Shown here piece by piece: positions 48,833 through 62,700 of a stretch of 64,000 nt of DNA; within the stretch, counting starts at the first letter, position 1; every line of letters starts with the position of its first letter. The position numbers and the translations under genes are program-made. The notes under the pieces are model-generated. The model searched no databases, was not told the origin of the DNA, and saw nothing but the letters and a program-made list of their open reading frames with translations. Origin of the DNA: Octopus bimaculoides (lineage: Eukaryota). Location: NCBI RefSeq assembly GCF_001194135.2, contig NC_068987.1:1-64000 (forward strand). The letters are read 5' to 3'.

Positions 48833-49240
48833 GGTGTAGGAGTGGCTGTATGGTAGCTTGCTTACGAACCACATGGTTCTGGGTTCAGCCCCACTGCGTG
48901 GCACCTTGAGCAAGTGTTTTCTACTATAGCCTCGGGCTGACCAAAGCCTTGTGAGTGGATTTGGTAGACGGAAACTGAAAGAAGCTTGTCGTATATATAT
49001 GTATATATATATAAATAAATATATATATATATGTTTGTGTGTCTGTGTTTGTCCCCCCCAACATCGCTTGACAACCGATGCTGGTGTGTTTACGTCCCTG
49101 TAACTTAGCAGTTCGGCAAAAGAGACCGATAGAGTAAGTCCTAGGCTTACAAAGAATAAGTCCTGGGGTCAGTTCGCTTGACTAAAGGTGGTGCTCCAGC
49201 ATGGCCACAGTCAAATGACTGAAATAGGTAAAAGAGTAAA
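48833..49240 (+). mobile_element. Full-length tRNA-derived SINE with an internal (TA)n/(TG)n tract
   Basis: A-box-like TGGCTGTATGG and B-box-like GGTTCAGCCCC in the head. Partial copies occur at 18141 and 63862. Confidence 0.85.
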
Positions 49241-50879
49241 ATTTCATGTACATTTATTCTAAAAAGCTGCTTGGTAATGACTTTTAGTTATTTTACTAAA
49301 TTTATTGAAACCAAGACAGTATCTCAACAAAAAGGTTATTACTGTGTCAGAGCATCAGTGTTCTGTCTGTCATCAAAGATAACATTACACATACCAACAG
49401 ATTGTACTCAACTGATTTTCTTCAGTTGCCATCGATCTACTTTTACAACTAATCTCCCATCACAGTTCAACTTAGTTTGATGACAGGTGTTCATAAAGAA
49501 ATTAGATTCTGTAGATTTTATTAAAGTTTTGAAAATGAAATGCATTTTAATATACACTGACTTTATTATCCTTCAATGTACAAAGTGACTGTGGTGCCAG
49601 GCAAGAGGTTGGAGTATGATAGTGGGACAGAGATAGCTGTCTTACTAGTGAGGAGATACTTGGCTACCGCAGGAGGACTCTATCAAACAGTTCAACCCAT
49701 AGCTAACATTGAAGATGGACATTAAATGATGATGTCAAATGGTCTCATTGAAACAGTTATCTCCCTTACTCCGCAAAAGTCTCTTAAGCTCTGCGCCATC
49801 AACGCATTTAATTCTACTTTGGCAAAAAAACAAGTTTTTCTTACATAAATACGTGGTCAGTATCTCTTTGTAATTAAAAATAACGTTATTTGGTAAATCA
49901 ACATGGGATTATCACTATATTCATTAGAAATAACAACCAAATCTTCCTCAAATTACACATTGTCTCAAAAGGAAGGACACATTGGATAACGTAATTCTAA
50001 GATATACTATGTACTGAAAAGTGCCAAACAGTGTCACAGCTTAATCCGTCTTGGTTGTATGTCTGCTGGATCAGGACTAAAGGCTGAGCAACAACAAAGA
50101 AGGATGTGTTGGATAATCTCAACTTCGATGTATCATAACTGAAGTTGTAAAAACAGGGATAATGTTTGATCACAGATGTACTGCATTAGGTTTGACCTGG
50201 AGCTAGAAATTAGTAATATTGGTTGAATGGTAGAGAAAATGTGATTAGTCTATCCTGCCATGACTGAATTTGCCTTTCATCCTTTAAGTGATTGAGAAAA
50301 TAAGGATCAATAATGTTCTAGGTTGGTTTGACTGTTAACTCTACAACACACCATTACTCAAAAATAGGTTATCTATGTAATAAAATAATTTATACAGAAC
50401 TATATTTGCCATTGGTGAAGGCACGTGGCCTAGTGGTTAGGCTGTTGCACTCACAATCGCTAGATCATGGGTTTGATTATTGGACTGAGCGATGTGTTGT
50501 ATTCTTGAGCAAAACACTCCATTTCACATCGCCCCAGTCCACTCAGCTGTAAATGGATTACCTCTTGTGATGGACCAGCCTTCCAATCTGAGGAAATGTT
50601 GGCCTGCTTGCCTAGCTAGCATCATTTGACAGCTAAAGGGGTGCAAAGAGCATTGTGACTAGTGAGGTATAACAACATCTGATAGTCAATCACAGGATCA
50701 TATCCTTGCTATGAAAAGTATGCCTCAGTCACATAATAATGTCATTTAACTTAGATAAAGTTGGTTTTGAAAGAAAGGCAACTTTTTGTCTCAATCAAAA
50801 ATATTTTCTCTGTTTTGGATTTTTAAATTTTGTAAATAGCTTGGTCAGAGGAGGAAGGGTCATACCCATAGCCATTTTT

Positions 50880-52060
50880 AGGGTCTATAAGACTGGTAGG
50901 TCTTCTGTACATCTTGCAAGAACATTGAGACTGACATGATTGGTGTTACACCTGAACAGCTGCAGGTAAACATTTTCTGGGGATGAAGGATTATGAATGG
51001 TGGTAAGTGGAGACAATGTGTGTGAGTTGGGAGTGTTTATGTTGACATCGACCCAGCTAACTGCAAGAGGAAAAATCAGAGAAAGAGGAGAGAGAGGACA
51101 TCTGTGGAACAGTTGAGTGGCAAGTGGCTTTTCTTTGGATGTAGTTTGTGGGTGCTTGGGTGCAGAGCAGCAGCAGCACTGTTCCAAGGATGTGATCAGT
51201 GGGGCTTACACTTGATTTTTGTAGTGAGTCAACAGCTGATTAGGACTGAAGTATTTTGGGGTTTAAAAGCTGAATGTTGGTCTTAGCAGTTCAGTTTTGG
51301 CAGTCTTATCTATGTAGGGGGTCACCATGAGACATCATCAAAGTGTAGGCTTTTTTAGGATTTTAGTTGTATGTTGTTCACGGTTAGAGAAGGTGAGAGG
51401 CAAGGTGTAAGTTTGGCTGAGGTGAAAGCAAAAAATGTAATTAAGAAGCTTGCTTCCTCCTAACCACATGGTTTTGATTTTAGTTTCACTGCACAGAACC
51501 TTGTTTTCCACTATAGTTCTGAGTCAACCAAAGTCTTTTTGTTGGAGTCGAGAGTCAGAAAGTGGATCCAATTTCCATGCTGGTATGGGTTGGATGGATT
51601 GACAAGAGCTGGTGAGCCAGAGGACTGCAGCAGACTCTGTTGTCTGCTTTGGCATGTGTTCTATGGCTGGGTACTCTTTCTAATACCATACCCCGGGTAC
51701 TTTTTATGTTGCCAGGTAACTTTCAAGACAAGACCCTGAACTGAAGGGGAATAAGATAGGGTGATAGAGACAGGTGTCTTGCAGTGGAGATTCATGGTGA
51801 GCTCAGTTGGAAAGAGAGAGAAAGAACATGACCCCTCAAGTTACAGGGAGGGGGATGACAGTGAACTGGTACAAAGGTCTGGCTAGGATGAATGAGAAGG
51901 TGAGTTTGTGTGAGTGCAAAAGGAGAGGGAAAGTTAGAGGGAAAGAGAATTCAGTGTGGAGTGAAGAGAGGTGGAGGAGGAGTTAGGAAGAGATTCGTCA
52001 GGGACAGATTGTGTGCAGAGGCATAGAAATAAATGGCATACCATTAGGCCCCCATTTTAA
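50880..52060 (-). mobile_element. Possible heavily decayed Penelope-like RT remnant, interrupted by other repeats
   Basis: Only weak motif resemblance (GPN...F, purine/pyrimidine strand skew). Confidence 0.3.
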
Positions 52061-52219
52061 CTTAGATGAGCAAGTCTTCTCATGCACAATAAATCACCAA
52101 TCATTTCAGTCCTTTGTCATCTCCAAGATGTTCAACATCTGAAGCTCATTTTTCACTACATCATCTCAAATCTTTGTCTTCCACAGAGTCTATACACATT
52201 TATGGTACATCTTAATACA

Positions 52220-55200
52220 GCATCATTGTCTTCAGCATCATTGTTTAATGTCTGTTTTCCAAGCTGGCTTGACAGGTGCTGGCCAGCTGGGGAGCTGTCC
52301 AGATTCCAAATGATCTGTTGTGGCATCGTTTCTACAGCTAGATGCCTTTCCTAATGCCAACCACTTTACAGAGTATGCTTTTTACATGCTTCCCGCATGG
52401 GTGCACATATGCAGCACTGGTACGAGTGCCTTTTCCAAGCCTATATGTACAGACGACAGTGATTTTACTTGGTTTGACACATCTTCTCAAGTACAACAAA
52501 TTGCTACAGCTGCTGATCCCTTATCATTTTCTCAGTGAGGCCCAGCATCTGAAGATCCTTTCTCACCACTTTGTCCCTTGTCTTCCACAGGTTCCCTCTA
52601 CAAATAGAGCTCAGTACTTCTTTGTGCTGCTGTGCTCAACCACACACATCACATGACCAAACCAGCACAGTCTTCTCTCTCTTACATCGGATGCTTCTTA
52701 CACCTAGTATTCCTCTTAAATCACCCACACTTTCTTGTGTGTGCACACTAACATTACTCAACCAGCAGAGAATGCTAGCCTCATTTCTTTCAATCCTTCG
52801 CAAGTCCTCTATAATTAAAACTCATGTTTCACTACCATGTAGCATAGGCATCATACAATCTGCCTTTCACGCTGAGGGAGAGACCCTTAGTTACCAACAA
52901 AGACAGAAGCTCTCTGAACGTTGCCCAGCCTGTTCTTATTCTAGCAACTACACTTTTAGAACTTCCTCCACCACTACTAATTCAGTCACCTAGGCAACAC
53001 AAGCTATCTATTACTTCTAATGATCCCCCTGAGCATTTCTAGTGCTTATTGTACCCACACATTTATCACATACAAAGTCTATCTTTTTCATTAACCTTCC
53101 TGTGACATTGCTACACCTCTTATGTATCCAAAGCTTGCACTGGCTACAACATATGGAGTTTCTACCAAAAACCTTTCTTACATATCGAGCAGGGCCATCT
53201 CCCTGACAGTTCCTGTGATTTGTCTGTTTTCCTATTTACTATAAGTTTGGTTTTAGTTAAATTAACTCTAAGGCCCTTAGATTCCACACCTGAAATTTCT
53301 TCTCTAGTTCTCAGTGATTCAGCTTCATCCATATAAAACACATGACCATACCAGTAGTCTTTTCTGTTGCACACTATATCTGACGCCTCTTCTACCCAAT
53401 TTTTTAAAACACATTTACACTTTGACATACAAGCACATCCATTGGAGCATGCTAGCTTCATTTTTCTTTTGAGCCTTTGCATGTCCTCTACAGTTGCAGT
53501 CCACATTTCACTACCATGTAGCATAGCTGTTCGTACACATGCATCATACAATCTGCCTTTCACCCTGAAAGGAAGGCCTTTTGTTACCAACAAAGATAAT
53601 ATCTCTAAACTTTTCCCAGCTGGATCATATTCTAGCAATTATGCTTCCAGAAGTCCTCCTCCACTGCTAATTAGGTCACCAAGATGACAGAAACTGTTTA
53701 TTACTGCCATTGATCCTCCTGTCTTCTTAATCTTTATTGTTCCTGCATATTTGTCACAAAGACTACTTTCTCTTTTTAACCCTCTTATGATTCCACTGCA
53801 CTGCTTATGTGCTCATAGCATGCACTGAGTACTCTATGGAATTTCTACATAATGAGCCTGGCCATTTCCTTCAAAGAATCAGTAATTTGCCTGCTTTCCT
53901 TTGGTCTTTGTTAAATTAACTGCAAGGACTTTTAATTCTAGGCTTTGCTTCCACTTCTGCAATTTCTTCTGTATTTCTACCACAAGTTCAGCTATAAGAA
54001 CAAGGTCGTCAGCATAGAGGAGCTCCCACAGGCAACCAGTCTTAAATTCCTCTGTTAAAGGTTGGAGGACTATGATAAGAGGAGACTGAGAACTGATCCC
54101 CAGTGAACTTTTACCTGCACACAAAATTCATTGCTATACTCATTCCACCTTACAGATAGTATCCCTTGGGGAGTTCTCACCAGCCCCTAGCTTCTGCAAT
54201 GACACCAGTTGAGAGGGAAAAAGACCTTGTCAAAGACTTTGTCCATATCAACAAATGCTTTTCCTGCAGTTGCCTTACTAGGAAGATAACACCAGTAGTC
54301 TTTCTCCATGGCACAAAATGAAACTGCTTCTCGTCTATGTTAATTCACTTTCTAATTAGTTGAGCGATGACCGTTTCTGTAACTTTCATGACCTGGTCCA
54401 GCAATTCGGTACCTCTATAATTACTTGTCTACAGTAGGGATCACCAAACTATGGCCCACAAGGTCAGTTCATCCGGTCTGCCATCACACAGTACTTTTTG
54501 TGTAAGAACCTGCAACGAGAGTTCATTTGCCTCTGGTATCAGTGTTTGGAACAACTTATGTCTGTGAGCAAACATTTTCAATAATGATGTGAAATCAACA
54601 CACCAAACGATATTGACTGATGAACATTTGAAAGCAATGCTCTTGGTTGGACGCAGCAATTCCAAAGCAAATATTTATATCTTAAAAGCTAAACACCAGT
54701 TTCACAAACCTCACTAACCCTTTTTTTTTTTTTGCTGCTTAGTTTGAGCAAAATGGTTATGTGGCCCACACTTGTCATTCTCTGTTATCCGGTCTGCCAA
54801 AGAAAAAAAAAAATTTGGTGACCCCTGGTCTAGAACACCTCCCTTACCTTTATGGCAGTTGGCTATAATGCTGCTACATAAGTTATTGTGTATGATATCT
54901 TCCTGGAAAACCTAATCAACTGTACAGGTGACTAGGCCATATTCTAATCATCTTGGTGATAATTCCTGATGGACCAGGGGCTTTTCCTATCCTTAATTGC
55001 TTTATCTATTATACTGCTGTCAACTTGGATAGCTGGTCTGTTTGTTGGATCCACATCCAGAAGACTCTCCTCCCATGCCTTCACCACAATTAGCAGCCTT
55101 CCATAGTGACCACCCCATGCCTCGTTTTATTCTGAATCACTAAGTGCAAGTCTTCCCATCGTTCCACCCAACCACACACTCTTCTCCTAAAACATAATTC

Positions 55201-56142
55201 ACTCTGACAGACGGTCTTGTAACTATGCAACAAAACAGTGACCTCTTCCTTTTTGCTTTCCCCTAGCAAAATATACTCGTTGTCTAGCTTCTTTTCTAGC
55301 TGCCCCGTATACTACCCCCACTCATCCATCATGTCACTCTTTGCCTGGTTGGAACTTTGCACTGGCCAAGTGTTGGGCCTGGAGTTTATGCTATACATCT
55401 CCATCTCCTTGTCAAATGCTTTAATTAGGACATCTGGAAATCTTTAACTATTCAATGGATCCTTAAGCTTCCATACTTTCCTTTTCCAGACTGCTTTGTC
55501 TTTCAGATTCCTAACCTGAAGTTATGTTAGGGAGTACATTCTTCACTTGAGATGGTTTATGAGTATCCATCTATCTCACTTTCTGGTGAGAACATAGTCA
55601 ATCTGGTTTGTGTATCCACCACATTGATAGGTGATCAGGTGACTGGCTGGTTTCCTGAAGTTAATGTTGCAAATCATTAGGTCATTTGCATCACAAAACT
55701 CTAAATCCTTCACCTCCTTGTACACCATGGAAGCCAGCAAGATACTCCCCATATGGCCACTGAAGTGGCCAGTCAAGAAGATAAGATTAATGTCATTTAT
55801 TGTTGAGATAGTCTGCAAAAGGGCAACATATAATTGATCCTTTTGTTAATCTGGCAGTTCTGTTTGATGAGTATAGGCAGAGGGAATAGTTGTATTTACC
55901 AAGACTTGTCTAAGTACAAGAACCTATAATACAGACTGACTGCCTTGATCACTTTATCCACCCATTTCACAACTAAAAGAATGCTGTCAGTATTGCCTTC
56001 CCAGATTTTATGTGTATGCTCTTAGTTGGTGAGGAGTTTGCCTGAGGCTCCTTTCCGTCTTACCTCTGGCATATAGTATACATCTACATGCCTCCAGTTT
56101 AGCATTTCAACAATCTCACCAGATCTTTTCAATGTGCCTACA
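52220..56142 (-). mobile_element. Near full-length decayed RTE LINE (APE endonuclease plus RT plus 3' UTR)
   Basis: VGTLKRSGEIVEML (about 56140), LEFCDANDLMICN.NF.K...HLITY...QIDYVL (ORF 55576), SPLIIVLQ..WELLYADDL (ORF 53879), RLYDACVRTAMLHGSE (ORF 53162), and the tail near 52220. Confidence 0.88.
54435..54827 (+). mobile_element. Internally deleted hAT (Charlie/SPIN-like) element nested in the RTE
   Basis: TIRs TAGGGATCACCAAA / TTTGGTGACCCCTG and imperfect 8-bp TSD GTCTACAG / GTCTAGAA. Internal CEQTFSIM...LTDEHL matches the hAT dimerisation-domain motif. Confidence 0.8.
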
Positions 56143-56949
56143 CAAGGATACAGACACACACACATCATCATCATTACCATTTAATGTCTGTTTTCCATGC
56201 TGAAATGGGCTGGATGGTTTGACAGGAGCTGGCAAGCCAGAGGACTGTGCCAAAGTTTACTGCCTGCTTTGGCCTAGTTTCTACAGCTGGATGCCCTTCT
56301 TGTAGCCAACCACTTCACAGAGTGTGGACTGGAAGCTTTTTACATGGCACCAGCAAGGTCAGCAACTAACTTGCAAGACAAGACCCCTCGACAGGAGAGT
56401 AGTATTGAGGGAAGTGCGTTTGTATAAGGTGATGAGAGATTCAATATATTTACACACATACATATCATCATAGTTCAATGTTCACTTTTCCATGCTTACA
56501 TGGGTCAGACAGAATGTTATAGAAGATATTCTACTGCCAGATGTCCTTCCTGTTGACAACTTTCACTTGTAATATTTCCCCCAAGGCCAAGTATTTTTTG
56601 TGTAAGACTGAAAAGTAATATCATTTGCATGATGATGCTCATTTACCACCATCCATATGAAGACAAGAGTATAAACAAGCACAGATGATGAGCCTCTTCC
56701 TGTATCCACCCCTACACATACACAAAAGGCATGGGTTGGCCTTAGGCTATTGTAGACACCTATCCAAGTTGCCATGCAGTGGGATCAACCCCCAGGATTA
56801 TGTCATTGTGAAGTGAACTTCTTAACCATACTATAATATCCCTAGGATAAGTCTACCATATTTTGAGTTCTGATTCTCAGTCAACCTGCCCAAGATTTAC
56901 CATAGTTCAGTTCCTTGCACTGACTATTGAATTCTAGCTTTCTTCATTC

Positions 56950-57320
56950 TTGTATGAAACCCCAGGACTATGCCATGCTCTCTTTTTCTCACTAACTAGC
57001 ATTTTGATTTCAGCAATGTTGACCTTCAGGCTTTAAGACTGTAGACAATGCTTCCAGCTTTGGAATTCTGCTTGACAGATTTTCCCAGGAGAATTAGAAT
57101 CATTAGCATACATAAATACTCAATGTCAATTAGTGCAGAACTCAAGAACTATAAGATTAAAATGCAGCTAAGAGAACTCTGATGAATACTTGCCTTTACA
57201 CTAAACTTCGCACAGAACATGCTGAGAACCCGACTTTTGCTGACAGCACCTTCCTACATAGCTTCATAAACTCTACAAGTCTTAGTATCATCTGCATCAA
57301 ATATACTTAGTACCCCAAAA
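56950..57320 (-). mobile_element. Possible CR1/L2-type LINE RT C-terminal remnant
   Basis: Minus strand has ADDTK and KA.RVL.ML..F...LEFC-like motifs; highly degenerate. Confidence 0.4.
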
Positions 57321-57918
57321 CTCAGTCAAAGACCTATATCAGAAAAAAAAGAACAGCATGTTCTTTACCAAGAAATATTCTTGTAACTGTCTCATTGAAA
57401 ATACAGCATCTGTACTCTCACATCTCGGCACAAACTCAAACTGCATTTTGAAGATTTTTTTAGATGTTTTCGAAGCTGGTATGAGTATTTAAAAATTAAG
57501 TTTTATTTTTGTATTTTAACTTAATTTTATTATCATTTTCAATACATTTACATAAGATAGTTATATTTGCTGTCATCATTGACAGCACAAATACACTAAT
57601 CATAAATAGAAAATACTCAAAATAGTTGCAGTAGAAGTTTTGTAGTGTTTACGTCTATTTCACAAGTTTTCTTCTGAATTTAATTTGATGTGTCTTTCAC
57701 AAGAATCTCATTGTAACTTAATCCTGTCACAATATGATGTCTCTCTCTCATAATTTCATTGTCACTTGAATATCTCTGCTATGGTGAAGTGAGCCACAAG
57801 AATCTCTCATTGGAATTTTTTTTTTTTAATAGAATTTCACCATTCTATGGATTACTTTCCAGGTGTATCTGTCTATGATGAGAAATATATTGGAAGACAG
57901 TTTTCTCTCAAAACAATG

Positions 57919-59364
57919 CTACAATTTGTCTCCAGAATGTGTCTGTACATGATTAGAAAACTGGCCTTTCCAAGTGAAGTCTTTACCACAAACGTCACAA
58001 TGGTAAGGCTTTTCTCCTGTGTGAACGCGTTTGTGAGCAGTTAAAGAACTAACACGAGGGAATTTCTTACCACAGATATCACAGTCATATGGTTTCTCAC
58101 CTGTGTGAATAATATTGTGATTGGATAAGTGACTGCTGCGAGAGAATGTTTTACCACAGGTTTCACAACGATATGGACACTCCCCTTTGTGAATACGTTT
58201 GTGACTTGCCAAGTTCCCACTCAGAGAGAATGATTTATCACAAATATCACAGTGGTATGGTTTTTCTCCAGTGTGAACACGTTTGTGACAAGATAATTGA
58301 TTCATACAAGTAAATGTTTTACCACAAATATCACAATGGTACGGTTTCTCTCCAGTATGAAGACGTTTATGACAAGATAGTTGGCTTCTACATGCAAATG
58401 TCTTATTACAAATATCGCAATTATATGGTTTCTCTCCAGTATGAATTCGCTCATGACGAGACAACTGACTCTTGCATGTAAATGTTTTATCACAGATATC
58501 GCAGTGGTAAGGTTTCTCTCCAGTGTGGATACGTATATGACAAGACAGGGAACTGTTGGCAGTGAATTTCTTTCCACAGATTTCACAATGAAAAGGTTTT
58601 GAACCTGTGTGAATTAGTTTATGTTGAATGACATGGCTTTTTTGTGCAAACGTCCTTCCACAAATGTCACACTGGAATGGCTTATCTCCAGTATGAACAC
58701 GTTGATGTCGAGATAACTCACCTTTCAGTGAAAATGTTTTACCACAAATATCACATGGATATGGTTTCTCTCCTGTGTGAATCCATATGTGAGTTGATAG
58801 TTGAACTTTAAAAGTGAAGCCTTTCCCACAGATATCACACTGGAATAATTTCTCTCTTGTGTGGATGAGCTTGTGTTTAGATAAGTAACTAAAATGTGAG
58901 AAGTTTTTATCACAAATATCACACTTATATGGTTGCTCTCCAGTATGAGTTCTTCTGTGTGAAACTAATTGGCTGCTGCAAGACAAAATTTTCCCACAGA
59001 TATCACAATGATACGGGGTCTCACCTGAATGAATCCGTTTGTGAAGAGTTAAACTGTTAATTCGAGAGAAAAATTTACCACAAATATCACAGTGGTAAGG
59101 TTTCTCTCCAGTGTGGATACGTTTGTGGAAATACAGAGAACTACTTGAAGATAACTTTTTACCACAAATTTCACAGGGAAAGAGTTTAGAGGTTGTGTGA
59201 TTTAATTTATGCTGAGTCAAATAACTATTTCTTGTGAAGGATTTCCCACAAATGTCACAGGGATGGGATTTCTTAGCTGCACCTACCTTTGTCTCTTTAT
59301 AGGAATCCTCAACCTTTTCTATTGTTTCATCATCAACTTCATTCTCAAACTGCTTTTCTTCCAT
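57919..59364 (-). CDS. Poly-C2H2 zinc-finger protein (gene 5): 16 fingers, acidic leader, intact
   Basis: First ATG at 59364 (MEEKQFENEVDDE; the ORF track starts at a TTG at 59430), then 16 canonical fingers. Acceptor GTATTTCAG ends the intron at 59711. Confidence 0.93.
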   Translation of the reverse strand: MEEKQFENEVDDETIEKVEDSYKETKVGAAKKSHPCDICGKSFTRNSYLTQHKLNHTTSKLFPCEICGKKLSSSSSLYFHKRIHTGEKPYHCDICGKFFSRINSLTLHKRIHSGETPYHCDICGKILSCSSQLVSHRRTHTGEQPYKCDICDKNFSHFSYLSKHKLIHTREKLFQCDICGKGFTFKVQLSTHIWIHTGEKPYPCDICGKTFSLKGELSRHQRVHTGDKPFQCDICGRTFAQKSHVIQHKLIHTGSKPFHCEICGKKFTANSSLSCHIRIHTGEKPYHCDICDKTFTCKSQLSRHERIHTGEKPYNCDICNKTFACRSQLSCHKRLHTGEKPYHCDICGKTFTCMNQLSCHKRVHTGEKPYHCDICDKSFSLSGNLASHKRIHKGECPYRCETCGKTFSRSSHLSNHNIIHTGEKPYDCDICGKKFPRVSSLTAHKRVHTGEKPYHCDVCGKDFTWKGQFSNHVQTHSGDKL

Positions 59365-62300
59365 AATTCCTTTCCTTTGTTCAAATAATACAAAAAAATG
59401 TTGAAAATTCTTGGAGTCTTTTGACGACAAAACTTTTCAATAAAAGTCCTCAATATTCTTTAAATTAAACTATTTTTTTTTTTTAAGTCTGCAGAACTCT
59501 CAATCTAAAGACACTTTCTTTAGATGGAATTTTTCTCTAGAGTTAAATAAGAATTCATGAAGTAGTTCAAATTCTCTAGATATATTCAGATCTATAAAAG
59601 ACATGTATAAGTCAGCCAAAGTTTTGTGCTACATGTTTCAAGAGAAACTATTACAGAAAATTACAGAGAAGCCAAATATCTTGACAATGGCAAATTCTTG
59701 CAGGTGTAAACTGAAATACTTTTGATAATAAAGATTGTTTCACAGAGTCTCATGTCTTGAACCTGTCAAGTTGTTGCTGTGTTCTTGGTATGAAATTTCA
59801 GTCTTAAAGGTAGCTGAGTCTGAAACAAAAGAGAAAAAAATGTATAAGAGATGAAAGACAGTTTAAAGGTGAGACAAAGATTATGGAAAGATTTGAAAAG
59901 AGACTTTGAAAGAGCAAGACAGACAGAAAATATGCAAAGAGAAGAACTATACACAGGTACAGGCATGTAGTAGTAATGTTTAGAGAGACAGAAACAAGAC
60001 CTGGTTTATCATATTTCGTAAAATACTTCAGTCTGGACATGTTGCACTTTGTCTATCATAAAGTCTATTCCTGTAGATTCAGGTGGTGGTCATGGTGGAA
60101 GCAAACATGGTTACTTTGGTCAGAATGTGACACTTGTTCCTCTGCAAGTGGAATGTCTATTTTATACAGAATGGTTGTTCTGTTTGCAGCGGATATAAAC
60201 ATTTGGGAGGAGATGTTGAAGCTATGAGAAGAAAGTGAATGTATGTGTGCGAAGGGAGTAAGCTGTAGAGCTGCCATGTGTACAGTTGGTGTGTAGCTGT
60301 AGTGTTTATACTTACAAGATCAGTGTATAACTGAAGTCTGTACAGCTGGTGTCCACTCCTCAATGGCTGCTACAAAGGTAATTCTTCTGTCCATTTCTTT
60401 GTCAGTTGACAAATATCTAAGTCTCACACTAGGTTGACTGAATTCCAAAACAATAAAGATATCTGACACAAATTGACAGTTTAAGGGTCATTAAGGGCAG
60501 TTGATTAAACTGCCCCTGGTATTTTGTTGCTATTTACTTTGTCTTCAGCATAACAATATTGAGGTAGCATCAAGGTCATTTTGACTTGTTAGAAATATGG
60601 CCAAATCTTCTTCAAATCACACTGAAGCATCTTAAAAAATAAAAGGTACATTATGCAACCTCAAAAAAGATAGGATGGTAACTGCTAGAATGTCTGTGAT
60701 CAAAGATCAGCTTAATCACCATTAACCAAAGACTAAACAACTTGTATGAAAATGGTGACATTTTTATATTTCACTTTCAATCTTTGGAAATGTCCTCCCT
60801 CTCCAAACTTTTACAAATGGGAATCTACTAAAATATAAGAATGTCATACTTTCACACCTCTTTCCCTTGAAAATCGATTGAATAATTAAAAAAGTAATTT
60901 TCCTAATTTTGTCAGAAGAGCATCATCTATGAGATTTTTGTCTTTTTGTAGGGCCTCTAAGATTAAGAGAAAAGGAGTATCCCAGATACTCGGTCTAAAT
61001 GCTTTCAATAGAATGGACTCAACTATAAATACCCAAATCTTATCCTATAGTCTTAAAAAGGAAGGGCACATTAAATAATAGTTACAGCTACATTATGTCT
61101 GAATAAGAGAAGCGGTGGTCACTGTTGAACATCATTTGATCGTAGATCTTGTGAAACACGATCGACTTGGGAATAAACAGGTAAGAACACATCAAATATT
61201 GCAGTCGTAGATATACTACGTCTGAAAAGATGAGATTGGATTGTTACATATGGAACACCTTTCAGCAAAAATCGTCTTGGAAGACAGTCAAAAAGATTAA
61301 GTTTATTAATTTTCAATTTTAAAACTGCACAAGCACTATAGTCTCGTTCTTATTTTCTGATGGCAATAATTGATGTTGTTTAGATCCAGGCTAATCCTCA
61401 TTATACAAACCACTGGTTAAAAATATTCCAGCGGTGACAATTCATTCTTTTATATCTATGACTACCTTGTCCTTTTTTTAAAGGCTATGTGTTGAGACTT
61501 AGCTGTTGCTTCTAGCAGGTCGAGCAATTGTGTATACGCTCGCTAGCTGGTAGTAGTATTTATTGTTTCGTCCCAGGTAATTTCTGCTTAAGCAAACCTA
61601 TGATTTAAAGCATTCCAGCCGTGACTATTCCTACTCTATCTGCTTATGTTTACATTGTCTAATGTGTCCTTTGTTAAAAGCAACAGCACACGATTTAAAG
61701 GACAGTAGTTGTCATTTCTAGCAAACCAGAGTGACCACACAAAAGCTTTTTCCTTCGTTGGTGTTATAATAGTATTAGTAGTAGTCAATTACCAAGTAGA
61801 TATCGAAATTTCTGTAAATTCCAGGCCAAAATCAGACCTTCATAAGAAGTCAGTTTATAGAATATGGAATACAAACCGACTTTTCGACGTTTTTTCCACG
61901 CCCCTCCCTGTTGAAAACTTTCAAGTAGTGCGACAGTGCTACAAATATATTATTTAGGTACATTAATTAATATTAAGAGTATCATAATTTTAGTAATTCT
62001 TAGTGTTTATATTTTTCTTTAGCTCTATCTTTTAGAAAACTGGGAAAATGTAGGAATTTATGCAAACAATAAATTACCAACGTGTGGGCAAAAATTAACA
62101 TCATTTTTAATATCCCTGTAATCTTAGGGGTGTTGTTTCATTCCAACGTAACTTTTAGACGATTAAAGGCGTTCCAGCCCTGACTATTTTCATTTTTGTG
62201 TCTAGAACCAATTTTTTTCTATATTTTTAAAAGACAGTAGCATAATTTTTTTTTAAAGAAAATCTGACTGTTATTTCTAGCAGGCCGAGTTACTGTTTAA

Positions 62301-62514
62301 CGGAGCAATTCCTTGTTTGGGTGGCAATTTAACGCACATAAGAATAAGACATTTCCATCACGTTAGTTTGGATAGACTTGTTTGTTTGAAGCACAACCAC
62401 AATGTTAAATTGGTAAAATATATTCCTTTCCCTCTTCCACTCGTTTCTGTCTTTTGTTAGTCCTGACAAAGAAATAGATTTCATGCTTATTAAATATCAC
62501 AATAGATAAATAAT

Positions 62515-62700
62515 ACTTACGTAACAAAGTGGAGTATGGGAAATGTCTTTAACTAATCAACCCTGAAACAAAAGAAGACAATTTCGAAGAGAGAAAATAA
62601 ACAGTAATTTGTAAATAATTCGATCTGAGATTTGATTGTAAAATTGTGGGAAAAGCGAGGAGTGGGAAGGTTGTCAGGGGACTTAACTCTGTCACTTTTA
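62515..62700 (-). promoter_or_regulatory. Candidate first-exon donor region of gene 5
   Basis: AC|GTAAGT at 62520 in a CpG-richer stretch. The promoter motifs shared by the other genes were not recognised here. Confidence 0.3.

Noticed and set aside
48833-48910. tRNA-like A/B boxes
   Set aside because: No cloverleaf is evident and the sequence continues into a SINE body, so it is a SINE head and not a tRNA gene.
60000-60400. Possible GIY-YIG/Penelope remnant
   Set aside because: Only vague motif resemblance; it would need an HMM search.
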